The notes under the pieces are model-generated. The model saw only the letters and a list, made by a program, of their open reading frames with translations, made no database searches and had not been told where the DNA came from. Made by a program: the position numbers and the translations under genes. 64,000 nucleotides of DNA from an uncultured Desulfatitalea sp. (GTDB taxonomy: Bacteria; Desulfobacterota; Desulfobacteria; Desulfobacterales; Desulfosarcinaceae): NCBI GenBank assembly GCA_963668675.2, contig CAXXMB010000002.1:2848001-2912000 (forward strand). The letters are read 5' to 3'. Shown piece after piece: positions 10,970 to 19,855 of the stretch; within the stretch, counting starts at the first letter, position 1, and every line of letters starts with the position of its first letter.

Positions 10970-11033
10970 GGCTATATTTGACACATAATCTATAAAAAAT
11001 CAAATATGACATAAAAACGATCATATTTGACAC
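10970..11033. promoter_or_regulatory. Three repeated putative enhancer (UAS) sites, N5-N4-TGACA
   Basis: GGCTATATTTGACA, AATCAAATATGACA and GATCATATTTGACA lie between the EBP gene and the divergent sigma-54 promoter. Confidence 0.55.
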
Positions 11034-11085
11034 CCATCTGGGCTGCCTAAATATTAACCTACTGTATTTATAGATAATCATATGT

Positions 11086-11101
11086 TGGCACCAATTGTGC
11101 T
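11086..11101 (+). promoter_or_regulatory. Sigma-54 -24/-12 promoter of the RND operon
   Basis: TGGCACCAATTGTGCT (GG-N10-GC). Confidence 0.72.
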
Positions 11102-11188
11102 TTAAGTAATCATTTTTATCAACATTCACCGGGCTTTAACACATTAAGCGTACATTCGAGTGAAAGCCACCTGTTAAAAGAGGTAGCA

Positions 11189-11479
11189 ATGCAATGGATT
11201 GAAATCATCCACCTGCGTACCTTTAGCAAGGTAAGCAAAAAGAATGCGATACAGCAAGTGCAGGAACTCGCCGATGGTTGCAGACCCGAAAATCTGACTG
11301 AGATAGTGTTGTGGATCCGTTCAGATCTGGATTCAGATATCTGCCTATTGCTTTGCTGGAGAAAGCCAACAAGCTATAGGGCTTATTCCCAAGTCGGTTT
11401 GCAGTTGGCTGAAGACTTAAGTCATTTCGGGTGGGTAAACCACTCACTCTGGCAAAATGCCGGCCACAAGACGGTATGA
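11189..11479 (+). CDS. Small hypothetical protein, first gene of the RND operon
   Basis: AGAGGT RBS, 96 aa, located between the sigma-54 promoter and the adaptor gene. Confidence 0.7.
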   Translation: MQWIEIIHLRTFSKVSKKNAIQQVQELADGCRPENLTEIVLWIRSDLDSDICLLLCWRKPTSYRAYSQVGLQLAEDLSHFGWVNHSLWQNAGHKTV

Positions 11480-11533
11480 AAAGCACGGCGACGATTAGAC
11501 GATTTAGATGATTCTATTATAAGGAGAGTTCAA

Positions 11534-12757
11534 ATGGAATTGAACAGGCACCAACATGAACCGGTTCGATGCGTGGCCTTTATACTGCTTTTGGCGGCTA
11601 TGATGTGGATAGCTGGTTGCGACGGTCATCGCAATCAAAAAACTGGACCCGGAACTGTTCCGGAGGTCAAAACGGTGACCCTCCGGTCGATACCGGTCGA
11701 GCTGACCACCGAGCTCCCGGGGCGAACAACTGCTTATGGCGTGGCACAAATCCGGCCTCAGGTCAACGGTATAATCCAGAAGCGGCTGTTCAAGGAGGGA
11801 GCAAATGTCAAGGCTGGTCAACTACTTTACCAGATCAATCCGGCACCTTTCCAGGCGGCTTTAAATTCTGCCGAGGCCTCCCTGTCCATGGCCAAAGCCA
11901 ATATCCCGGCCATCCGCTCACGCGCCGAGCGCTATAGGACCCTGCTTGCTCAAAACGCCGTCAGCCATCAGGACTATGACGATGCAGCCGCTGCCATGGA
12001 AAAGGCAAAAGCCCAAATTGACTATTGGAGGGCAGAAGTGGAAAAGGCCTGCATAAACTTGAATTATACCCGGGTGACGGCACCGATCTCTGGGAGAATC
12101 AGTCGATCCAATGTGACCGACGGCGCTTTGGTAACCGCCTATCAGGCTATCGCTCTATCGACCATTCAGCAGCTCGACCCTATTTATGTTGATGTGACCC
12201 AATCAACCTCCGATTTGCTCGACCTGCGGCGCAAACTGGCATCGGGTAAACTCCGCAACGATAATGCAGATGGCCATACGGTGACCATCCGCATGGAGGA
12301 TGGGACGCCATATCCTCTGCATGGCATACTCCAGTTTCGAGACATGACCTCCGTGGATCCTGCCACCGGATCATATATTCTGCGCATCGTGGTACCCAAC
12401 CCCGAGAACCTGCTCCTGCCCAGCATGTTCGTACGGGCCATAATTAAAGAAGGTACGGCCGAAAGGGCCATATTGGTACCCCATGATGGAGTGACCCGCA
12501 ATCCAAAGGGAGAGGCCATCGCCTGGATCGTGGATGAGAAAAGTGTGGTCCAAGAGCGTCAGCTTTCCATTGACCGCGCTATCGGCAACGATTGGCTGAT
12601 CATCGAGGGGCTGTCCGCGGGAGATCGCGTTATTACCGAGGGCCGCTTGAATGTGAAACCCGGAACCGCTGTCAGAATCGCTGAGGTGAATAGGAAACCC
12701 GATACCACCGAAACAAACCCCACCGCCAAACCAAAACCGGTTGAATCGACCAACTAA
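11534..12757 (+). CDS. RND efflux periplasmic adaptor lipoprotein (AcrA/MexA-like)
   Basis: Lipobox IAGC, ELPGRT, IRPQVNGII, TAPISGRI and QQLDPIYVD. Confidence 0.93.
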   Translation: MELNRHQHEPVRCVAFILLLAAMMWIAGCDGHRNQKTGPGTVPEVKTVTLRSIPVELTTELPGRTTAYGVAQIRPQVNGIIQKRLFKEGANVKAGQLLYQINPAPFQAALNSAEASLSMAKANIPAIRSRAERYRTLLAQNAVSHQDYDDAAAAMEKAKAQIDYWRAEVEKACINLNYTRVTAPISGRISRSNVTDGALVTAYQAIALSTIQQLDPIYVDVTQSTSDLLDLRRKLASGKLRNDNADGHTVTIRMEDGTPYPLHGILQFRDMTSVDPATGSYILRIVVPNPENLLLPSMFVRAIIKEGTAERAILVPHDGVTRNPKGEAIAWIVDEKSVVQERQLSIDRAIGNDWLIIEGLSAGDRVITEGRLNVKPGTAVRIAEVNRKPDTTETNPTAKPKPVESTN

Positions 12758-12778
12758 CCGAGATTCACGGAGACCATT

Positions 12779-15700
12779 ATGCTATCTAAATTTTTTCTAG
12801 ACCGTCCGGTCTTTGCCTGGGTGATCGCCATTATTATGATGCTGGCTGGCGGTTTGGCCATATATAATCTCCCCATTTCACAATATCCGCCAATCGCGCC
12901 GCCGGCCATCGCCATCGACGCATTTTATCCTGGTGCTTCGGCCGAAACGGTTGAGAACAGCGTGGTCCAAATCATCGAACAAAAAATGACCGGATTTGAC
13001 AAACTATTATACATGAACGCAACCAGCGACTCATCCGGCGCCGGCCGGATCGAACTGACCTTCGCGCCGGGAACCGATCCTGATTTGGCTTGGTCCCAGG
13101 TGCAAAACAAACTGCAACTCGCCATGTCAAGTCTGCCGAACGTAGTGCAACGCCAAGGCGTCAAAGTTAGTAAATCTACTCGGAACTATCTGATTTTAGT
13201 TGGTTTGATATCGGAAGACGGCAGCATGAAAAACTATGATCTGGCAGACTACGCCCAATCCAATATCGAAAAGGTTTTAGCACGCGTTCCAGGTGTTGGT
13301 GAAGTAACCAGCTTCGGCTCCCAATATTCTATGCGTGTATGGCTGAACCCCGACAAATTGATGGATTACCAACTGACCGTGGAGGATGTGATTGCCGGAA
13401 TTCGTGCTTACAACGTTGAAATCTCTGCTGGCCAATTTGGCGGTGTTCCGGCGGTGGAAGGCCAACGTCTGAACACTTCCATCATTGTCCAAAACCTCCT
13501 GAAGACCCCTGAGGAATTCGCAGCCATCCCCTTGCGGACCGCTCAGGATGGTGCAATCGTCCGCGTAGGCGACGTGGCCCGCACAGAATTGGGCACCGAG
13601 CGCTATGAAACCGATTCTCTTTACAACGGCATGCCCTGTGCTGTGCTGGCCGTCCGCCAGACTCCCGGCGCAAATGCCTTGGATACGGCAGACGCGGTAC
13701 GGGCTAAAATGGACGAGCTATCTAACTACTTTCCGGCCGGAATGAAAGTGGTTTACCCTTATGATACCACACCATTCGTCAAGGTGGCTATTGACGAAGT
13801 GGTTAAGACCCTGTTTGAGGCAATCGTGTTGGTCTTTCTGGTCATGTTTCTGTTTCTGGGGAATTTTCGGGCTACCCTAATTCCCACCCTCGCCGTGCCG
13901 GTGGTGATACTGGGGACATTTGCTGTACTGGGATTTTTCGGATACTCGATTAATATGCTGACCATGTTTGCCATGGTGCTGGCTATCGGCCTGCTGGTGG
14001 ATGATGCCATCGTCGTTGTGGAAAATGTTGAACGGGTTATGCATGAAGAAGGGCTTCCTCCGAAGGAGGCAACGCGCAAATCCATGGAAGAGATCACGAG
14101 CGCCCTCGTAGGCATCGGTTTGGTACTCTCCGCAGTGTTCGGTCCCATGGCCTTTTTCGGCGGTTCCACCGGTGTAATATACCGTCAGTTTTCCATCACC
14201 ATTATATCGGCCATGCTGCTGTCAGTCGTAGTTGCATTAATACTGACGCCTGTGCTGTGCGCCTCGTTGCTCAAGCTGCCTTCCGAGCACCAAACCCTGC
14301 TGTCTCGTCGCCTCTATCTCTTGAAATATTTCCATTACCGGTTCAACCATATTTTCGGCTGGGCGAGGGATCGATACATTAGCATCGTCAGAAATATGCT
14401 CGGTCGAAAAGGGCGTTACCTGGTTATTTTTTTGATGATCGTAGTTGGGCTTGGGTTGCTATTTCAGCGTATGCCTACCGCCTATCTTCCTGACGAAGAC
14501 CAAGGTATCATGTTCATCCAAGCCCAACTGCCGGCCGGATCCACCCTGGAGCAAACCAGCGCGATTATGGAGGAGGTCCGCAACTATTTTCTTGAAGATG
14601 AACGGGAAACGGTCAGCTCAATCTTGACCCTGTCCGGACGAAGCTTCGCTGGTTCTGGACAGAGTATGGGACTGGGCTTTGTCCGGCTCAAGGATTGGGA
14701 ACTGCGCCAACGGCCGGATTTGAAAGTGACCACCCTTGCCCGCCGCGCTATGCAGCGCTTCGCTCAAATTCGAAACGCCCGAGTGTTTGCTTTTGCCCCG
14801 CCGGCCATCACTGAATTGGGACACTCGACCGGTTTTGATTTCCAACTACAGGACCGTGGCGGCATCGGTCATGCCAAATTAATGGAAGCGCGCAACCAGT
14901 TACTGGGCATAGCTGCCCAGGATAAACGCCTAACCCGCGTGCGTCCCAACGGCATGGAAGATGTTCCGGAATATAAATTAGACGTTGATTGGGAAAAAGC
15001 TGGGGCGATGGGCGTCCCCATCAGTGAAATCCATGACACGATCTCGGCAGCCTTCGGCAGTGCCTATGTCAATGATTTTATTCAGGGCGGCCGAGTCAAG
15101 AGGGTGTATGTTCAAGCAGATGCGCCCTACCGGATGCTGCCCAAAGATATAAATAGAATCTATGTACGTAACACCACTGGGACAATGACACCATTTTCCG
15201 CCTTCGCCTCCGGATACTGGGACTATGGGTCTCCCCAACTCGAACGATTCAACGCCTTTCCGTCCATGAACATTCTGGGCGAAGCACCCCATGGCCGAAG
15301 CTCCGGCGAAGCTATGGAGGCAATGGTAGAAATCGTTGCCAAGTTGCCGGCTGGCATCGGTTTCGACTGGAGCGGCATCTCTTTTCAGGAGCACATGGCC
15401 AAATCCCAGACCGGCCTATTGTATGCTTTTTCCATGATTGTCATTTTCCTGTGTCTAGCAGCCTTATACGAAAGCTGGACCATTCCCATTTCGATCATGC
15501 TTGCTCTGCCGCTAGGTGTGATCGGCGGCATCATCGCCTCTTCGCTGCGCGGGTTCCCCAATGACGTCTACTTTCAAATAGGGCTCCTAACAGTGCTCGG
15601 TCTGACCACCAAGAACGCTATACTGATTGTTCAATTCGCCATGGTTCGGGTTCAAGAAGGAATGGGGTTGATCGAGGCCACCCTGGAAGGAGCTAAATTA

Positions 15701-15946
15701 CGATTGCGGCCGATCGTCATGACCTCTTTAGCCTTTGGCTTCGGCGTCCTTCCCTTGGCCATTGCCTCCGGGGCCGGTGCGGGTGCCCAGTCCGCCATCG
15801 GCACCAGTGTGCTCGGCGGCATGATCACTGCGACCTTTTTAGCCATATTTTTCATCCCGCTCTTCTATGTAGCTGTGGTGCAGTTGTTCGCAAAAAGAAA
15901 AGTGAACACGGATCAACCAAACGATTCTGTAACGACGATCTCTTAG
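12779..15946 (+). CDS. HAE1 RND efflux transporter (AcrB/MexB-like)
   Basis: FFLDRPVFAWVIAI, GLLVDDAIVVVENVER (proton-relay Asp pair), KNAILIV and RLRPIVMTSLAF. 1055 aa. Confidence 0.96.
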   Translation: MLSKFFLDRPVFAWVIAIIMMLAGGLAIYNLPISQYPPIAPPAIAIDAFYPGASAETVENSVVQIIEQKMTGFDKLLYMNATSDSSGAGRIELTFAPGTDPDLAWSQVQNKLQLAMSSLPNVVQRQGVKVSKSTRNYLILVGLISEDGSMKNYDLADYAQSNIEKVLARVPGVGEVTSFGSQYSMRVWLNPDKLMDYQLTVEDVIAGIRAYNVEISAGQFGGVPAVEGQRLNTSIIVQNLLKTPEEFAAIPLRTAQDGAIVRVGDVARTELGTERYETDSLYNGMPCAVLAVRQTPGANALDTADAVRAKMDELSNYFPAGMKVVYPYDTTPFVKVAIDEVVKTLFEAIVLVFLVMFLFLGNFRATLIPTLAVPVVILGTFAVLGFFGYSINMLTMFAMVLAIGLLVDDAIVVVENVERVMHEEGLPPKEATRKSMEEITSALVGIGLVLSAVFGPMAFFGGSTGVIYRQFSITIISAMLLSVVVALILTPVLCASLLKLPSEHQTLLSRRLYLLKYFHYRFNHIFGWARDRYISIVRNMLGRKGRYLVIFLMIVVGLGLLFQRMPTAYLPDEDQGIMFIQAQLPAGSTLEQTSAIMEEVRNYFLEDERETVSSILTLSGRSFAGSGQSMGLGFVRLKDWELRQRPDLKVTTLARRAMQRFAQIRNARVFAFAPPAITELGHSTGFDFQLQDRGGIGHAKLMEARNQLLGIAAQDKRLTRVRPNGMEDVPEYKLDVDWEKAGAMGVPISEIHDTISAAFGSAYVNDFIQGGRVKRVYVQADAPYRMLPKDINRIYVRNTTGTMTPFSAFASGYWDYGSPQLERFNAFPSMNILGEAPHGRSSGEAMEAMVEIVAKLPAGIGFDWSGISFQEHMAKSQTGLLYAFSMIVIFLCLAALYESWTIPISIMLALPLGVIGGIIASSLRGFPNDVYFQIGLLTVLGLTTKNAILIVQFAMVRVQEGMGLIEATLEGAKLRLRPIVMTSLAFGFGVLPLAIASGAGAGAQSAIGTSVLGGMITATFLAIFFIPLFYVAVVQLFAKRKVNTDQPNDSVTTIS

Positions 15947-15959
15947 AAGGAGCAGTAGT

Positions 15960-17357
15960 ATGACGTGTCGAACGCTTTCATTTTTGGTATTCAGCATAAT
16001 TTGGTTATCCGGCTGTACGCTGGCTCCTGAATATGTACGACCTGAAGCGCCGGTGCCCGAAGCATGGTCGGTAGATACCCAAGGAACCGCGGATGAGGCT
16101 TCCCGTGTATCCGAATTGAATTGGAGTCAATTTTATACCGAAAAGCGTCTCCAGCAGACCATCGCCATAGCGATAGAGAATAATCGCGATTTACGCGTAG
16201 CGTCCCTGAATGTCGAACGGGCGCGAGCCTACTACCGTATTCAGCGCGCCGAGCTGCTGCCAACAATAGGTACCACCGGCAAAGCTTACAAGGAGCGTGT
16301 GCCTGCCGATCTGTCCAGCACCGGCAGCCGAATGACAACAGAAGAGTACCGGGCCGAACTGGGCGCAAGCAATTGGGAGATAGACTTTTTCGGCCGCATC
16401 CGCAGCCTGAGCCAAAGTGCACTTGAGGAGTTTTTCGCTACCCAACAGGCCCGGCTTTCGGCAAAGATACTGCTGGTGTCAGAAACGGCTAAGGCCTATC
16501 TGACCTTGGCCGCGGATCGTGAAAACCTTGAGCTGGCCCGCGAAACACTCACATCCCAGCAGGAGGCCCGCGATCTAATCCGTCTCCGATATGAGGTTGG
16601 CGTTGCGCCCGAACTCGATTTGCGCCAAGTACAAACGCAGGTCGATGCAGCCCGAGTGACTGTTGCCCGGCTTACCGAGGTAGTGGCCCGAGACGTTAAT
16701 GCTCTCAACATGCTCGTTGGAACGTCCGTGCCGACCGAACTTTTACCACAGTCATTGAGCGACCTCACACCGGTGCACAAGCTTTCTCCTAGCACATCGT
16801 CCGCAGTGCTCCTCAATCATCCAGATATTCTCCAGGCCGAAAACTTACTCAAAGCGGCTAATGCCAATATCGGTGCGGCTCGGGCAGCCTTGTTCCCTCG
16901 TATCTCCCTAACCACATCTGTCGGTACTGCCAGCTCTGAACTTAGTGGTCTGTTCGAGTCCGGTTCAGGCGCTTGGATGTTCTCGCCACACATCGCATTA
17001 CCGATTTTCGATCCGCGCGCATGGGTGGCGCTACGGGTCACTAGGGTCGAGCGTGAAATCGCCGTAGCTCAGTATGAAAGGGCTATTCAAGCAGCATTTC
17101 GAGAGGTGGCCGACACCCTGGCGCGAAGAAACATCATAGTGGATCAGATGGATGCGCAAAAATCCCTGGTAGCCTCCACCGAGGTTTCTTACCGGATCTC
17201 CAGCGCTCGGTATAAAAAGGGGATTGATATCTACCTGAACGTGCTGGATGTGCAACGCTCTCTCCACGCCGCTCAGCAGGGGCTGATCACCATCCGTCTG
17301 GCCGATTTGGTTAATCAGGTGCGGCTTTACGCCGTACTGGGGGGAGGCAGCGAATAA
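15960..17357 (+). CDS. Outer-membrane efflux channel lipoprotein (OprM/NodT family)
   Basis: Lipobox LSGC, NNRDLR, WEIDFFGRIRSL, ANANIGAARAALFPRISLT and LYAVLGGG. Confidence 0.94.
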   Translation: MTCRTLSFLVFSIIWLSGCTLAPEYVRPEAPVPEAWSVDTQGTADEASRVSELNWSQFYTEKRLQQTIAIAIENNRDLRVASLNVERARAYYRIQRAELLPTIGTTGKAYKERVPADLSSTGSRMTTEEYRAELGASNWEIDFFGRIRSLSQSALEEFFATQQARLSAKILLVSETAKAYLTLAADRENLELARETLTSQQEARDLIRLRYEVGVAPELDLRQVQTQVDAARVTVARLTEVVARDVNALNMLVGTSVPTELLPQSLSDLTPVHKLSPSTSSAVLLNHPDILQAENLLKAANANIGAARAALFPRISLTTSVGTASSELSGLFESGSGAWMFSPHIALPIFDPRAWVALRVTRVEREIAVAQYERAIQAAFREVADTLARRNIIVDQMDAQKSLVASTEVSYRISSARYKKGIDIYLNVLDVQRSLHAAQQGLITIRLADLVNQVRLYAVLGGGSE

Positions 17358-17369
17358 GGGGTTGCAAAA

Positions 17370-17550
17370 ATGGGCAAAGAGAAGAAGAGGTGGTTGGCCT
17401 GGACCGTGCCAGGGCTGATTCTTAGCATTGCGGCGGTATGGGTCTGGCAGAGCTGCGGAGTAGAACGGGGCTATAGTCTGGTCAGCGGCAACGGACACAT
17501 CGAAGCCACCGAGATCGACGTCGCCTCCAAAATCGCTGGCCGCATCGAAC
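17370..17550 (+). pseudogene. Truncated second YhiI/HlyD adaptor (N-terminal fragment only)
   Basis: A TM segment followed by SGNGHIEATEIDVASKIAGRIE matches the 2540 gene (SGNGRIEATEVDIATKLAGRLA). The similarity then breaks off and the ORF stops at 17576. Confidence 0.85.
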
Positions 17551-17707
17551 ACCCATTTCGCCTTTATTGCTCATGACAATTTGTACCGCTACGCAGGGCT
17601 TTCAATTGGAACGATGGGGCAAACAAGCGCCAACAGAAGGTGCTTTCACAAACATAGAAACGCAAGGGCCAATACGCTACGTGAGTCTTTAGCAGAAGGA
17701 AACGACG

Positions 17708-18895
17708 GTGCTCAAATTCATAGAACACGTCACTATTCACTTGATGGCGCTGATGCTCATCACTTCCGTCATGGCGGCAGACCTCGTAACAGTCATAAAA
17801 GCGCCACACGGAGAGGTCCACGGGGGTGATACGGTCATTCTGGATCTTTATTTGCACAATCCCTCCGATACATCAATAACCCGTGAACTGCCGCTCTCAC
17901 TCCCTTGCCGGATCGACCTGGGACGAACCAGCGTCACAACACACGCCGACTTGGTCGGACAGGCGACGATGTCCCGAGTGTCAATTCCGTCCGATGGATT
18001 CTTGAAAAGGCAATATACCCTCACCGTTCCTGTTTATGCTCAAAATGTGGTGCAAATCAAACTGGAAAAAATCGGGGCTGACCCCATCTCCTTCGAGGTA
18101 TCCAAAGCGCTGTCGCAAGCGTGGCGTGGACAACAGGTCCCACTCGATTATGGGGAGACACTGGCCCAATCTTTTATAGAGGCCTTCTCCGTTCACAAGC
18201 CCATGTATTTCCTGCTGGGAGTGGATCCCGGCCTGGATCAGAGCAAGTTCCAGTTCAGTTTCAAATACCGACTGTTCAATCCCAGGGGATATCTGACAGA
18301 AAAAGCGCCTTGGTTGACGGGGTTCCACATGGCATATACCCAACGCTCGATCTGGGATCTGGCCGACGACTCCAAACCATTTGACGATACGAGTTATATG
18401 CCGGAACTCTTCTACGAGATAACAAAGATCGACATAAATATGGAACGCATCACCGCCTTCGGCGTCCAGGCTGGGTTCGAGCACGAATCCAACGGCAAAG
18501 GTGGTGAAGAATCCCGCAGCACCAACCGTTTATACTTAAGACCCATTGTGGGTATTCATGTGGTGAATAATATCTATCTAAAAATCGCCCCCCAACTATT
18601 CACCTATGTCAACAATTCCGACAGCACGAACGAAGACTTGATGGATTACAGGGGATATGTCGACCTCGAGGTAGGCATCTTTGACTCAGAGAGCCTAGCA
18701 CTGAGCTCTCATCTGTGGTGGGCCAAGGAGGGCACCAGCGTGCAGCTGGACCTCACTTATCCCATGACGAAGTTGCTGAGCAAGAGCCTGAATCTGTATC
18801 TACACGCGCAATACTTTAACGGGTACGCCGAGACACTTCTTCATTATAACGAACGCCAAAACGCCTTCAGGATGGGATTTTCCATCGTCAGATAA
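17708..18895 (+). CDS. pldA: Outer membrane phospholipase A (OMPLA) with an N-terminal extension
   Basis: KFQFSFKY, AYTQRSIW, YMPELF, catalytic EHESNG, RSTNR, YFNGYAETLLHYN and a terminal GFSIVR. Confidence 0.88.
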   Translation: MLKFIEHVTIHLMALMLITSVMAADLVTVIKAPHGEVHGGDTVILDLYLHNPSDTSITRELPLSLPCRIDLGRTSVTTHADLVGQATMSRVSIPSDGFLKRQYTLTVPVYAQNVVQIKLEKIGADPISFEVSKALSQAWRGQQVPLDYGETLAQSFIEAFSVHKPMYFLLGVDPGLDQSKFQFSFKYRLFNPRGYLTEKAPWLTGFHMAYTQRSIWDLADDSKPFDDTSYMPELFYEITKIDINMERITAFGVQAGFEHESNGKGGEESRSTNRLYLRPIVGIHVVNNIYLKIAPQLFTYVNNSDSTNEDLMDYRGYVDLEVGIFDSESLALSSHLWWAKEGTSVQLDLTYPMTKLLSKSLNLYLHAQYFNGYAETLLHYNERQNAFRMGFSIVR

Positions 18896-18940
18896 ACCAA
18901 CGTTGCAGCATGCATCAACAAAAAAAGGGGGGGGTAAACA

Positions 18941-19249
18941 ATGAGTATTCAGAAAAGGTATTTGAAGACAAAACCTGTTTGCAAAGTCACTTTTAAAATC
19001 ACAGAGCAGCAGGCAGATTCAGTCACACGAGCTCATGTGGTGGGAGCGTTCAACAACTGGTCAACCACGGCCACCCCTATGAAACGTTTAAAGGACGGAT
19101 CATTCAGCGCCACGGTGGAACTCAAGACAGGTCGATCCTATCACTTTCGATATTTCTTGGGGCAATCCATTTGGAAAAACGACCCCGATGCGGATGACGA
19201 CGCTCGGACACATTATGGAGACAGTTATAATTCTGTGATCAACCTGTAA
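18941..19249 (+). CDS. Stand-alone isoamylase early-set / CBM48 glycogen-binding domain protein
   Basis: KPVCKVTF, VVGAFNNW, PMKRLKDGSF, YHFRY and WKNDPDAD...NSVI. Confidence 0.85.
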   Translation: MSIQKRYLKTKPVCKVTFKITEQQADSVTRAHVVGAFNNWSTTATPMKRLKDGSFSATVELKTGRSYHFRYFLGQSIWKNDPDADDDARTHYGDSYNSVINL

Positions 19250-19443
19250 CGTATGCCTTCAGATCACCGCTGTGTTCCGCTGGCGATGGCAAACCCAGGA
19301 GTTCCTTCATTACAATTGGATCCGAACAAGCCACATTCCTATTAAGAACAACAGTGAACGGAGCACTCTTTTGTACATTGAATTTGAAATTTATTCCAAA
19401 ACCTTGGATTTTGTCTTTCTTTATCCTTAGACGGGAAAGGGGC

Positions 19444-19839
19444 ATGATGAAGGGGAATAGACCGCCGGATGATACCGACAAACACCACGGTGAAATCAGA
19501 AGAGATAAAAAGGAGGAAATAATTGTTGAGCGCTCCTCTCTTCGTATTTCTGCTGAGGTGACCATCAAATGTTTTGCACATTCGAGCTGCGGAGTCGTTG
19601 ACCCAGTCGATGGCGTCATGTGCAACTTTTCAAATCAAGGGTGCTGTATTGAAACCTCCTGTGCATTCGAGGCTGGGACTATACTTCTTGTGCGGGTAGA
19701 AAAATACGGGTGCACGCCGTCATCGGTACCCGAGGCGAAGCAACCTCGCTCCATCTGCCTGGCGGAAGTCAAATGGCGACGCAGGATAGTTGAGAAGAAC
19801 GCCATTCGATTCGGTATGGGATTGATATATCTCGAATAA
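19444..19839 (+). CDS. PilZ-domain protein
   Basis: RSSLR (RxxxR), NFSNQG (D/NxSxxG), AEVKW and FGMGL. The ATG at 19444 follows a purine-rich RBS. Confidence 0.7.
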   Translation: MMKGNRPPDDTDKHHGEIRRDKKEEIIVERSSLRISAEVTIKCFAHSSCGVVDPVDGVMCNFSNQGCCIETSCAFEAGTILLVRVEKYGCTPSSVPEAKQPRSICLAEVKWRRRIVEKNAIRFGMGLIYLE

Positions 19840-19855
19840 AAATGGTGCACTGAAC

